DNA of 64,000 nucleotides from positions 10,070 to 74,069 of IMG/VR virus record IMGVR_UViG_3300046500_000231. One strand, 5' to 3'. This DNA is from a virus. Lineage: Duplodnaviria; Heunggongvirae; Uroviricota; Caudoviricetes. The notes beneath the pieces are model-generated. The model did no database searches, was not told the DNA's origin, and saw only the letters and a program-made list of their open reading frames with translations. Below, one piece after another: positions 1 through 8,796 of this stretch (positions are counted from its first letter, which is position 1; each line of letters opens with the position of its first letter). Position numbers and translations under genes: made by a program.

Positions 1-1207
1 CGCGGCGTCCGCGGAGTGTTCGGTGCCGCCGGTCTTGTCCACGTCGCGGCTGCCGGGCTTGTAGATCGTCTGCTCCAGCGACTTGATGAAGTGCTTGCAG
101 GAGGCGTCGATGCGAAGCCGCACCTGCCCGTCGGCTGAGCGCAGCATGCGGTTGACCGCATTCACCCGGTCGGCCACGAGCGGGCTCTTGCGCCGGAACT
201 TGATGCGCTTGAAGCCCTTCTCGCGCAGAATGTCCAGGTCCGTCTCCCCGCGCGCGTGCTGGCGCTGGCCGCCGGCCGGGTCGGGATAGATCACCATCTG
301 CTTCTGGTAGCGCCAGTATTTCTTCTCCAGCGCATCAGCCGTCTCCTCGGTGTTGGAGCCGAACTGCACGATCTCATCGACCGCCCAGAGTTCGCCGTTC
401 TCCTGCAACTGGAAAATCACCGTGCTCATCGGGTCGATGTTGAAGTCCATCCCCACCCAGATCGGCAGCTTCGGGTTAAAGGCGAAGTTGCCCACGTGCG
501 TGGAGCGCTCGAACGGGTAATAGACCCGCCCGCTCATCGTCTCGAAGCTCGCGAGGAATTCCTGGTTGTAGGACTTGTCATCCATGTCGCGCTTGGCCGC
601 TTCGAGCTCCTGCAGCGGGATGAAGGGCGACGTGTAGGTCGGGAACTGCCAGCTCGCCCACTCGTTCACGCGCACGCGCCCGTTCGCATCGAGATAGGTC
701 TCACCCCGCTGGCCCATCATGTAGACGGTGTGCAGGTAGTTGTAGGCCTTGGGCGTGCCGATGAACATCGCGTGCCCGCCCGTGTCCGCGAGCGTCGGGC
801 GCAGCACCTTGGTCCACGTCTCCTCGTGCATGTCCTGGAACTCGTCCAGCACGAGAAAATGGATACCCACGCCGCGCAGTGAGTCAGCCTTGTCGGCGCC
901 TTTCAGTTCGATGCGGCTGCCGTTGCGCAGGAAGATCGAGAGGCTCGTCTCGTTGACTTTCCTGATCCATTTCTTTGGGATCGCCTCGAGCAGATCGGTC
1001 CACATGATCTGCTTGGCCATCTTGTAGGTCGGCGCGACATACCAAATCTTGCGGCGCTTGATTTGGGCGAACTTGATGAGCAGGACTTTCGACAATTGCG
1101 ACTTGCCCCAACGGCGCCCCGCGACGACCACCCGAAAGCGCCGACGGTCCTGGTAGACCATCATCTGCTTGGGGTGAAGCGAAAGGCTGGCGGATTTGGC
1201 GGCCATC
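1..1207 (-). CDS. terL: terminase large subunit (N-terminal part; gene continues beyond window start)
   Basis: ATG at 1207..1205. Translation MAAKSASLSLHPKQMMVYQDRRRFRVVVAGRRWGKSQ has the terminase ATPase Walker A (AGRRWGKS). No stop within the window. Confidence 0.85.
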
Positions 1208-1871
1208 AGTCGTCGTCCCCGCCGTCGTCGATGATTTCGTCGTCATCGAGGTCTGCCAGCTCGGCCTCGAGCGCGGCCTGCTCGCTTGGCAGCATCAGCG
1301 CGTCGTCGTCATCGCGGTTACGCAGCGCCTCGATTTGATCGGCGGTGAGTTCCGAGATCACCAGGTCCGGCAGCCCGTCTTCATCGAGCGCGTCATCACG
1401 ATCCAGGCCCAGCACCGCCCAGCGTTCCTCCCGCGCTTTCTTGAGCACGGTCATGGCCGCATCGAGCGCCTTGAGGTTGTTCAGCGCCGTGGCCACCGGC
1501 CGCGACTCTTGCTTGGCGAGCAGAATTTCGTTCCAAGACAGCTTCGCGAGGCCCGCGGCCATCTTGTAGTGTTCTTCCTTGGTCTCCTTGATGCGCGCGG
1601 CGAGCACCGTCGCGTCATCGATCGCGGCGCGCGCGACCTCCTCTTTCACCGCGGCCTTGAGCTCCTCTTTGCGCTTGCCCTTCTCGATGCCCTTGTTCTT
1701 GAAGTGCGCGGAGAACGCCGACTTGTGTTTGCCAAAGCGTGCCGCCAGGTCATCGAGCGTTACTTCACCGGACTCCCAAAGCGCTTCAGCCTCGGCCCAT
1801 TGCTTGGGCGTGAGGCGCGCGTGCTTGGTTTTCGGTGCCGCTGCTGCGGGTGTTGCCGTTGCTTTGGTCAC
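1206..1871 (-). CDS. terS: terminase small subunit (HTH DNA-binding)
   Basis: GTG start at 1871 with GAAGGA RBS. TPKQWAEAEALWESGEVTLDDLAARFG helix-turn-helix, acidic C-terminus. Stop overlaps terL ATG (ATGA). Confidence 0.7.
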   Translation of the reverse strand: MTKATATPAAAAPKTKHARLTPKQWAEAEALWESGEVTLDDLAARFGKHKSAFSAHFKNKGIEKGKRKEELKAAVKEEVARAAIDDATVLAARIKETKEEHYKMAAGLAKLSWNEILLAKQESRPVATALNNLKALDAAMTVLKKAREERWAVLGLDRDDALDEDGLPDLVISELTADQIEALRNRDDDDALMLPSEQAALEAELADLDDDEIIDDGGDDD

Positions 1872-1900
1872 TACTCGGTTCCTTCTCGGTTTCAAAATCC

Positions 1901-1929
1901 AAAAAAAAAGGGCGCAGAGGTGGGCGCCC
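1901..1929 (-). terminator. rho-independent terminator (minus strand)
   Basis: GGGCGC / GCGCCC stem at 1910-1929. A9 run at 1901-1909 is a T-run on the minus strand. Confidence 0.6.
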
Positions 1930-1991
1930 ATTTCGGAGAGAGAAAACGAAAATCAGGGCTCCACTCTAACCGCCGTTCTGGCGAATGTCAA

Positions 1992-2009
1992 CAGTCAGTT
2001 TTGACTATT
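1992..2009. promoter_or_regulatory. conserved phage motif copy (CAGTCAGTTTTGACTATT)
   Basis: Matches the genome-wide 18-bp near-palindromic motif. Overlaps the stop of the upstream gene. Confidence 0.6.
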
Positions 2010-2396
2010 TCCCTCCGCGAGCAGATACAGCAGTCCAAGGGCGAGCGCGCAGCCTTCGTCGGATTGCTCAAACGTGCGCACAAGCTCGCCACCGAGCTCA
2101 AACACACAAACCCAGGTCTCACCCCGTTCGGGGAGCAAGAAGAACGGTTTCCCGCGCTTCTCGAACGCTTCCGCGGTGAGGGATTGATTGAGTGCGAAGT
2201 CAACCGCGGGCACCCAGTTCGATTCGCTGGGCACGCCGGCCGTTTTGTCCCAGCACTTGACGATGCCGTCCTGGATTTCGACAAAGAAGCCGAGCGTGGC
2301 TGCGATGTTGGCGTTGATCAGTTGGGCCGACATTTCGCCCGTGCCCAGCACCCGTGCCGCCGAGCATTGATCAATGTGTTCTTCTACTTCATTCAT
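1995..2396 (-). CDS. hypothetical protein
   Basis: 133-aa ORF with an AT-rich promoter-like patch upstream (2397-2440). Confidence 0.5.
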   Translation of the reverse strand: MNEVEEHIDQCSAARVLGTGEMSAQLINANIAATLGFFVEIQDGIVKCWDKTAGVPSESNWVPAVDFALNQSLTAEAFEKRGKPFFLLPERGETWVCVFELGGELVRTFEQSDEGCALALGLLYLLAEGNSQN

Positions 2397-2484
2397 TACT
2401 TTCTTTATTAGTTATATGTTTTATATACGGTAGCGGTGTGGGAGCCCAAGTCATACCCAAGTGATAGCTGCGGTCCCAACACGC

Positions 2485-2811
2485 TTACGCTGGCTCATAG
2501 AACTCGTCGGACCCGATATCGTCGGCTTCGTCGATGACATACGCCGGCCCCTTCTTGACACCTACGCCCACGTAGCCGGCGCCCGCCGGCGTAATGCCGA
2601 TCATCACGTGCCGGCGGCCGCGCCGCTTTTCGCTACCCAACTTGTGGATGAGCCCGTGCTTGATGAGCGCGCGGATCGAAAACTGGATCGACGCCTTGGT
2701 CGTCTCGTAGTTGATGCGCTCGATGATCTGATCGAGGTCGCACGCGGAACCGTCTTCGTTTCCGGTCCCGATCACGCGCAAAAGCTCGATCTGCTTGACG
2801 GTAAGGTGCAT
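2485..2811 (-). CDS. hypothetical protein, possible winged-helix regulator
   Basis: 108-aa ORF with HTH-like segment LTVKQIELLRVIGTG. Weak. Confidence 0.35.
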   Translation of the reverse strand: MHLTVKQIELLRVIGTGNEDGSACDLDQIIERINYETTKASIQFSIRALIKHGLIHKLGSEKRRGRRHVMIGITPAGAGYVGVGVKKGPAYVIDEADDIGSDEFYEPA

Positions 2812-3719
2812 CAGGCGGCTCCAACCGTGCGGTAGAGGGTCAAGGGTGCATCGACCGGCTGGACGTCGAATTCGAGCAGATGAATGCGATCCGGCAGTTC
2901 ACGGCCAAAGTCGGGGTTCTGGTAGACGCCATAGAGGGGGCTTGCAAACACCAACTGCTGGATCTGCTTGAGGAGCCAGCCCGGTGCGTAGCCGTCGATG
3001 CGTGCCCGCGCGTCAAAGCGCTTGTTGCCCGACTTCTCCCGACTGGAGTTGCGGAAATAGAAGTCGCGCATCTCCTTGATGCACTTCTCCCGCACGGCTG
3101 CCGGCATCGCCTCGAGCTCCTCCATCACGCCCACGTAATCGGAGGGGATCGCATCGAACCAGCGGCGGAAAAACACGAGACCCGCCTCGTATTTCTGCGA
3201 CGGCTCGGGTTTGACAAAGCGCACGCCGGCCTTGGCCGCGAACGGGTTGAACTTGCTCATCGAGGACTGGAACTCCACGATGCGCGCCCCGCTCATGCGC
3301 ATCATGAGGTTCTGCATCCGGTAGGCAATCCCCGCGCCCCGATACATGGTGTCGAGCACCAGGCGCGAGTTCGTGGTCGCGTTGTCGTTGATCCAGTTCA
3401 GGCGGTATTTGTTGATGAGCTTCGAGTCGAGCCCACCCACGTTCGGCCGCAGGTGCGTGAACGCCTTGTTGCGCCCGCTCGAGATCGCCGAGGAAACCGT
3501 CATCACCCCAACGCCGATCGTCTGCCCGCGCAACACGCACCGGTAGAACTTGGGGCCAAACGGCAGGTTCTCCGCCTTGTAGTGGAGCTCGTGCAAGAGA
3601 TCCCAGTCCGCCTTGGTGCCGCGCTCGACGTAAATCTCGGGCAAGAGCGACAGTGTGTGGGCGGTGGGCGGTGCCGATCGTTCGATCAGCACATCGGCGT
3701 TGTCGGTGATGATGGTCAT
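2811..3719 (-). CDS. hypothetical protein, possible GNAT-fold acetyltransferase
   Basis: 302 aa. RGAGIA resembles the GNAT acetyl-CoA motif. Weak. Confidence 0.35.
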   Translation of the reverse strand: MTIITDNADVLIERSAPPTAHTLSLLPEIYVERGTKADWDLLHELHYKAENLPFGPKFYRCVLRGQTIGVGVMTVSSAISSGRNKAFTHLRPNVGGLDSKLINKYRLNWINDNATTNSRLVLDTMYRGAGIAYRMQNLMMRMSGARIVEFQSSMSKFNPFAAKAGVRFVKPEPSQKYEAGLVFFRRWFDAIPSDYVGVMEELEAMPAAVREKCIKEMRDFYFRNSSREKSGNKRFDARARIDGYAPGWLLKQIQQLVFASPLYGVYQNPDFGRELPDRIHLLEFDVQPVDAPLTLYRTVGAA

Positions 3720-3982
3720 GCCTTTTTCTTTTCCATGAAGCGCTGCCAGAACCAGATGCTCGATGCGATCCCGCAGCAGCCGCCGGCAGCGCTCGCGGAG
3801 AACGCCAGGAGGTCGCCAGAAGCCGCCGCGTGCGCAAAGACGAACTGACCCACGCTGATGCCGAAGGACGTCACCACGGACGCGATATAGCGCCCCTGGT
3901 TGACGTTCTTGGACTGAATCCCGAGCAGGAACACCGACCCGAAGGCCGATGCGAACAGGATGAGCAGTTGGAGCGTGGTCAT
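3716..3982 (-). CDS. holin-like small membrane protein
   Basis: 88 aa, ~3 hydrophobic segments, basic C-terminus KKKA. Lies near the terminase, the usual lysis position. Confidence 0.4.
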   Translation of the reverse strand: MTTLQLLILFASAFGSVFLLGIQSKNVNQGRYIASVVTSFGISVGQFVFAHAAASGDLLAFSASAAGGCCGIASSIWFWQRFMEKKKA

Positions 3983-4365
3983 ACGCTGGCTCGTGCGGCC
4001 GCTGAGAGCGAGTTCATCGCTGCGGAGGCGCTGGCTGCCGCATTGGCCGTATTGGTGCAGACGGTTGTCATCGCCGGGTCGTAGACGCCGAGGATCGAGC
4101 CGCCAACTTTGCCGCCAAGCGTGATGCTAGGTGGCGGCGTATGGACAAAACCTCCTCTGGCGAGAGCGTCGGTGATGTTCGGCGAGCCACGAAAGGAGTC
4201 GTCCCGATCAACTGTGCGCGGCACGTCGGCCTTCGGCTGAGCCTTGACCGGCGCCTGACCGAGTGCTTCCAGCTTCTCGCGCAGGAGCGCCTTCAGATCG
4301 GCGTCCATCAGCTCGTTGCCGTCCAGATAGCCCGCAAGCCAGATACAGAAGTGCTCGTGCGTCAT
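3979..4365 (-). CDS. hypothetical protein
   Basis: 128-aa ORF coupled to the holin-like gene. Confidence 0.4.
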   Translation of the reverse strand: MTHEHFCIWLAGYLDGNELMDADLKALLREKLEALGQAPVKAQPKADVPRTVDRDDSFRGSPNITDALARGGFVHTPPPSITLGGKVGGSILGVYDPAMTTVCTNTANAAASASAAMNSLSAAARASV

Positions 4366-4368
4366 GGC

Positions 4369-4566
4369 TTAGCCTGCGAACTGGGCTGCGTTGCTCGGAT
4401 CGAGCGCGGCCGCGGCTGCAGAGTGCTCGGTGCCGTCGGCGTCGACCGTCACCGCGCCCGTGGGCGGCAGATCGTCGTCGTCGCCCTTGTGACGCTTGAC
4501 GAGTGCGGCCACGCCCAGAGCGAGAATGACCAACAGCGGAAAACCTACGATGAATGCGATGCTCAT
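4369..4566 (-). CDS. small single-TM protein
   Basis: MSIAFIVGFPLLVILALGVAALVKRHK. Internal ATG of the track ORF, no upstream coding signal. Confidence 0.45.
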   Translation of the reverse strand: MSIAFIVGFPLLVILALGVAALVKRHKGDDDDLPPTGAVTVDADGTEHSAAAAALDPSNAAQFAG

Positions 4567-4567
4567 G

Positions 4568-4918
4568 TCAGAACTCCAGTTTGATTGAGGTTTCAGCCAG
4601 GCCCAGGTCGCGGAAATACTCGACCAGGGCTTCTTCGGTGCGATCGCCGTTAAAGCGGCCGCGGGGAACACCTGCTTCGATCGTGATAACGGTGGGCACC
4701 GCGCGCACGCCAAAGAGCCCCGCGAGTTCGCGCTCGACCGATGCGTCGACGATGGCAAGGGTGAAACCCCAGTCGTTGGCGAGCTTCGAGAGCTTGGGCT
4801 TGAGCGTGCCGCAGGGGCCGCACCATGGTGCGGTGAATGCGACTACGACCGGCGCCTCGTTGGACTTCTGCGTCACGGCGAGGTCGAACGTGTGGGCGGT
4901 GGGGTTAATGACCGGCAT
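4568..4918 (-). CDS. thioredoxin
   Basis: WCGPC active-site motif. Start at MPVINP. Confidence 0.8.
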   Translation of the reverse strand: MPVINPTAHTFDLAVTQKSNEAPVVVAFTAPWCGPCGTLKPKLSKLANDWGFTLAIVDASVERELAGLFGVRAVPTVITIEAGVPRGRFNGDRTEEALVEYFRDLGLAETSIKLEF

Positions 4919-5570
4919 GCTTGAAACTCCTGTATTGCGTATGAGCGCGCACCGGTCGCGTGAAAGCATCTTCGATGCTCCACCCGGACTCCAGCCTGCA
5001 GCGCAGTGTGTTGAGATTGATCCCGAACTCTTCAGCCCAGAGCGACATAGATTGCGTGCGCCCTCTGAATTCGATGAGTCGGTTTGTTGCCTTGTTGTTC
5101 TGGTTGACCTTGGCGGTCACCCAGCGGCAGTTGCTCGGGCTGTAGCCCTGGTCGTTTTTCTCACGATCAAGCTCAGCGCCAGGAAACGGCACCGGACCCA
5201 TGTCGCGCAAGAACGTCTCAAAAGACGTGATCCACGCGTCGCAGACCGTGATACCTCGACCGCCGTATCGCTTGAAGCGCGAATCCTTCGGGTTTGTGCA
5301 ACGGGCGAGCATGTTCGTCCACACGCGAAACTCCGGCGTGTCGGACTTTCCATGCGTGCGATTCTTGCGACCCATTACCTCCGCACGTCGCTTCATCGCA
5401 CAGCCGCACGACGTGACCATCTTTCGACGCAATAGCTGGCCGATGACGACGAGTTTCGCGCCGCAATCACATGCGCAGTCCCAAGCGGCGCGACCATTGA
5501 CGGAGGCGGCTCGCGCCGTGACCACCAGATCGCCAAAACGCTTGCCATGAAGGTCAATCATTGCCGACAT
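4905..5570 (-). CDS. HNH/AP2-like putative endonuclease or DNA-binding protein
   Basis: Cys-rich N-terminus. TPEFRVWTNMLARCTNP...YGGRGITVCDAW pattern typical of phage HNH/AP2-family proteins. Confidence 0.5.
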   Translation of the reverse strand: MSAMIDLHGKRFGDLVVTARAASVNGRAAWDCACDCGAKLVVIGQLLRRKMVTSCGCAMKRRAEVMGRKNRTHGKSDTPEFRVWTNMLARCTNPKDSRFKRYGGRGITVCDAWITSFETFLRDMGPVPFPGAELDREKNDQGYSPSNCRWVTAKVNQNNKATNRLIEFRGRTQSMSLWAEEFGINLNTLRCRLESGWSIEDAFTRPVRAHTQYRSFKHAGH

Positions 5571-6201
5571 AGTCCACCTTGATCTTTTCCCGGTAACGCT
5601 TTTCTATATAGACGTCCGGCGCTAAATCTTCTTTCAAATCAGGATGAGTCGTCGCAACAATTAGCGTGGCGCCCACCTTCCGAGCAACCTTGGCGATGTT
5701 GAATGCCACCACGCGCGCAGTTACGCGATCCAGAACCGCGAGGAACTCGTCGGCGACCCAGACCTTCACGCCGCTCTCGATGAGCTTGGCAAGGCGAAAG
5801 CGGTAGCGCTGCCCGTCGGACAGTTCGCTCGGCTTGCGAATGAAGAGGTAGGCGTCGTTCAGGCCCGCAATCGAGAGCAGGCGCAGCGCGTCGTTGGTGT
5901 CGACGCCAATCTGATCGATGAGCGGGCAGTCCTTGAACTCCACATAGTCGATGTCAGCGACCGTGAGCGGCACGCCCGACTCCATCTTCGCCTTGAGCTC
6001 GCGCAGGACCGTGCTCTTGCCCGAGCCCGACTGGCCCGTGACATACACCACGTCGCCCTGCTTGATTTCGAGCGGCTGCTGGTCGAAGACGACGAACTCC
6101 TTGTCGTCCAGACCGAGACCAAAGGCTTCCGCGACTTCCAGCACCCGGTCGGAGCGCTCGACGCTGGCGGTGTAGCGCTTGTCGATGATGTAGGTCGTCA
6201 T
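5554..6201 (-). CDS. ABC-type ATPase (soluble, no TM domain)
   Basis: Walker A GQSGSGKST, ABC signature LSDGQRYRF, Walker B VWVADE. Confidence 0.75.
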   Translation of the reverse strand: MTTYIIDKRYTASVERSDRVLEVAEAFGLGLDDKEFVVFDQQPLEIKQGDVVYVTGQSGSGKSTVLRELKAKMESGVPLTVADIDYVEFKDCPLIDQIGVDTNDALRLLSIAGLNDAYLFIRKPSELSDGQRYRFRLAKLIESGVKVWVADEFLAVLDRVTARVVAFNIAKVARKVGATLIVATTHPDLKEDLAPDVYIEKRYREKIKVDYVGND

Positions 6202-6311
6202 GTCGAGAGCCCCAGCAAGAGTCCGGCAGCCAGAGCGGCGATGGTCCATGCAAGAGCATCGATCGCATGCACGGCCGAGTCATACGCCCGTTTGATCAGT
6301 TTTCTCGTCAT
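6198..6311 (-). CDS. small membrane protein (37 aa)
   Basis: MTRKLIKRAYDSAVHAIDALAWTIAALAAGLLLGLST. ATGA overlap with the upstream gene. Confidence 0.4.
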   Translation of the reverse strand: MTRKLIKRAYDSAVHAIDALAWTIAALAAGLLLGLST

Positions 6312-6817
6312 CAGGCGGCTCGCTGGTTGATCGACACCCACCAGGCCATCGCCTTGGGGTTGTCCTGCCAGAGTTGGCACAGGCCGTGAGCGCCCATCGT
6401 GGTGAAGTCTTCCTCTTCCGGACCATCGCCGAGCAGCCCGTAATGGAAGTGAATCGCGTGCAGCACCTCGTGGATGAAGGTGTCGGCCAAGTTCTGCGCG
6501 TTCTGATCCGGCGCCAGGCGAATCGTCTGGTTGATCGGGTTCATGTGGCCGAAGCTCATCGAGGCTTGACTGTCGCCCGAGTCCTGCACCGACACCGCGA
6601 AGCGGAAGTTGCCGATCTTCAGCGAACTCGGCACGCCCACATACGGGTCGAAGGGCTTCACTCGCTGAGCACCGCGACGAGCAGCGCCACCGCGAGGAGC
6701 TCGTCCTCGCTGAGTCCGCTCAACGGGCTTGACGGCTTCGAGCAGATCCAGGCCGTCGCCGCTATCGCCATGCCGACCAGCACCATCACGATGATCGCTG
6801 TCATGTCCATATTTCAT
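6311..6817 (-). CDS. HExxH zinc-metallopeptidase-like protein
   Basis: FIHEVLHAIHFH motif. Basic, low-complexity N-terminus. Confidence 0.5.
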   Translation of the reverse strand: MKYGHDSDHRDGAGRHGDSGDGLDLLEAVKPVERTQRGRAPRGGAARRGAQRVKPFDPYVGVPSSLKIGNFRFAVSVQDSGDSQASMSFGHMNPINQTIRLAPDQNAQNLADTFIHEVLHAIHFHYGLLGDGPEEEDFTTMGAHGLCQLWQDNPKAMAWWVSINQRAA

Positions 6818-6834
6818 AGTCAATTCTGAGTGGT
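6817..6834. promoter_or_regulatory. conserved phage motif copy (TAGTCAATTCTGAGTGGT)
   Basis: Variant of the genome-wide motif. Overlaps the start codon context ATGACTATGAAA. Confidence 0.45.
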
Positions 6835-6841
6835 ATTTAGG

Positions 6842-7483
6842 TTATGCGCAGACAGCCTTGGCGTGAGCCACAAAAGCGTCTGCGCCCGTGAGTCCGGTCT
6901 GTTCTTCGATCAGCGCCATGAACCGCGCGAGGTGCTTTTCATCGCGCCCCGCCACCGCTTTGAAGCCCAGCGCCTTTTCGAGCTTCACTTCCCGCGCGTC
7001 GGTCTTCTCGACCGTTTTGGCGGTCTCTGCAGCCTGCTCGCGCACTTCTGCGTCCAGATCCTCCACGAACGGTTCGTCGTTGATGACCGACAAGTCCGCC
7101 GTCATGAAGTCGAGCTCCTTGGCGTCGAAGATGCTGCCGAGGTCAAAGTCGAGACTGGCGAGTTCTTCCTGCAGGATGCGCGCGTCGATCTCGGAGAGCG
7201 CAACCCTGTTATCGGCCAGGCGCAGCGCCCGCGCCTGCTCTTTGGTGAGGTCATCGCGCACCACCACCGGCACGTGGGTCTGACCGAGCGAGAGCGCGGC
7301 AAGACGCCGGCCGTGGCCTGCGATGATGGTGCCGTCGGCTTCCGCGACGATCGCCGTGTTCCAGCCGAACTCCGTGATCGAGGCGGCGATCTTCTTGATC
7401 TGCGCCTCGTCGTGGGTCTTGGCGTTCAGTTCATACGGCTTGAGCCACTCGACGGGCTTGAGCGTGGGTTTGAATTCGTTCAT
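6842..7483 (-). CDS. ParB-like nuclease domain protein
   Basis: IIAGHGRRLAA ParB N-terminal-domain motif. Confidence 0.7.
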   Translation of the reverse strand: MNEFKPTLKPVEWLKPYELNAKTHDEAQIKKIAASITEFGWNTAIVAEADGTIIAGHGRRLAALSLGQTHVPVVVRDDLTKEQARALRLADNRVALSEIDARILQEELASLDFDLGSIFDAKELDFMTADLSVINDEPFVEDLDAEVREQAAETAKTVEKTDAREVKLEKALGFKAVAGRDEKHLARFMALIEEQTGLTGADAFVAHAKAVCA

Positions 7484-7668
7484 GCGGCTTCCAGCCAGAT
7501 CGGTTCGTGGTCTTCTTCGCCCTTATCGAGCGCGGTGAGCTTGCGCAGGTCTTCGTCGTAGCCGTCGTCCTCGCCGTTGTGCTCGTAGTTCGAGCCCTCG
7601 TCACAGGTGCGGCACTGGAAGGGGTCGTATTCCAGGTTCAGGCAGGTTCGGCAGAAGGCAAACTTCAT
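7480..7668 (-). CDS. small zinc-finger protein
   Basis: CRTC...CRTC Cys pairs. Start choice uncertain. Confidence 0.35.
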   Translation of the reverse strand: MKFAFCRTCLNLEYDPFQCRTCDEGSNYEHNGEDDGYDEDLRKLTALDKGEEDHEPIWLEAA

Positions 7669-7672
7669 AGCG

Positions 7673-8080
7673 TCAAACCGTGATCCAGTCATCGGCGAAA
7701 ATCTCGCTCTGCGTCGGCGCATACACGCGCGGCTCATCGCCCTCGCGCGTCAGCACAATGCGTCCGTTCTGCACGCTCAAGGTGCTCAGGCTCCAGCCAA
7801 CGCGCTTGACCCGCAGACCGTGCTTGATCGCCTCGAGCGCCATGCTGAAGCTCAGCCCGACCGCCTTGCGATAGGCCGCGTCAAAGACGTCCTTGGGGCT
7901 CCACGAGACGTAGCCCGCATGCTTCGCGTGATTCGATGCGCCGCCATCCATGTATTCGACGAGATAGCCGGCGTCGAGCGGGTCTTCGTTTGCCGGAACC
8001 GTCCAGCCGCGATAGTCGTTGTATTCGCCGCGTGTCATGGGCTTGGCGAAAATGACTTTGGTGCCGATGTATCGAATCAT
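7673..8080 (-). CDS. DUF2829-domain protein (Tad2-like) with conserved N-terminal YIGTK domain
   Basis: C-terminal half LSFSMALEAIKHGLRVKRVGW...PTQSEIFADDWITV fits the DUF2829 consensus. N-terminal half YIGTK...PMTR..YNDYRGW...GYLVEY...WSPKDVF. Confidence 0.6.
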   Translation of the reverse strand: MIRYIGTKVIFAKPMTRGEYNDYRGWTVPANEDPLDAGYLVEYMDGGASNHAKHAGYVSWSPKDVFDAAYRKAVGLSFSMALEAIKHGLRVKRVGWSLSTLSVQNGRIVLTREGDEPRVYAPTQSEIFADDWITV

Positions 8081-8730
8081 GATTTCGGGGAGAGAAGGTG
8101 AACGAGCGCTGCGCCCGCGTTGGAAAGCGAGTCGTCTTCGGTGAAGCGCTGCGCCTTCATGGTCTTTTCGATCAGGTCCGTGATGGCGCCGACGTCCTCG
8201 ACGGGCACCTTGAAGCGCATGATCTGGTGCGTCTGCACCACGGCTTCCTTGGGTAACGGGGTTGGGGCCGCGTCATCGTCCGGTATATCTAAGTCATCCA
8301 GTTCTATATTTACGGATGAAAAGATTGAAGCGAAGTCGGCGTCCGTGTAGGGCAAGAAAGTCGACAGGTCTTCCGGCGTGCTCATGCCCTCGAGCAACTC
8401 GGCCAAGCGAAGCGTGTCGTCGTTGCCATAGCGGGCGTTATCCACCAGGCCGATCTCTTTGGCCTTGTTGTCGTCGATTGCGCCCACGTTCATCACGGGC
8501 ACTTTGTCCAGACCGAGGCGGATTGCAGCGTCGCGTCGATGCGCGCCACCGAGGATCTGATAGCTGCCGTCGGCGAGCGTGCGCACGATGATCGGCTTGA
8601 ACATGCCGAGGCGCTTCAGAGACGCCTCGATCTTGGCCTCCTCCTCCGGGCTGCACACGTTGGTGTTCCACGGATTGGGCTTGAGAGCGGAAGGCGACAG
8701 TTCGAGGGTTTCGATGTGGGGCTTACCCAT
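8077..8730 (-). CDS. ParB-like nuclease domain protein
   Basis: LKPNPWNTN and ILGGAHRRDAAIRLG motifs. Confidence 0.7.
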   Translation of the reverse strand: MGKPHIETLELSPSALKPNPWNTNVCSPEEEAKIEASLKRLGMFKPIIVRTLADGSYQILGGAHRRDAAIRLGLDKVPVMNVGAIDDNKAKEIGLVDNARYGNDDTLRLAELLEGMSTPEDLSTFLPYTDADFASIFSSVNIELDDLDIPDDDAAPTPLPKEAVVQTHQIMRFKVPVEDVGAITDLIEKTMKAQRFTEDDSLSNAGAALVHLLSPKS

Positions 8731-8750
8731 AGATTCCAGGCGTGGTTAAT

Positions 8751-8768
8751 TAGTCAGGACTGACTGTT
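8751..8768. promoter_or_regulatory. conserved phage motif copy (TAGTCAGGACTGACTGTT) in divergent region
   Basis: 15 bp upstream of the minus-strand gene start at 8730. 45 bp upstream of the plus-strand helicase. Confidence 0.5.
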
Positions 8769-8796
8769 GGCCTTATACTACGCCTAACACAACAGG

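Noticed and set aside
884-1246. 120-aa minus-strand ORF listed in the track inside terL
   Set aside because: Wrong frame. The terminase frame starting at ATG 1207 gives the Walker A motif and continues to the window start.
1335-2411. 358-aa plus-strand ORF overlapping terS and the upstream gene
   Set aside because: Antisense to well-supported minus-strand genes (terS HTH, RBS). Arg/Gly-rich composition typical of spurious ORFs in GC-rich antisense frames.
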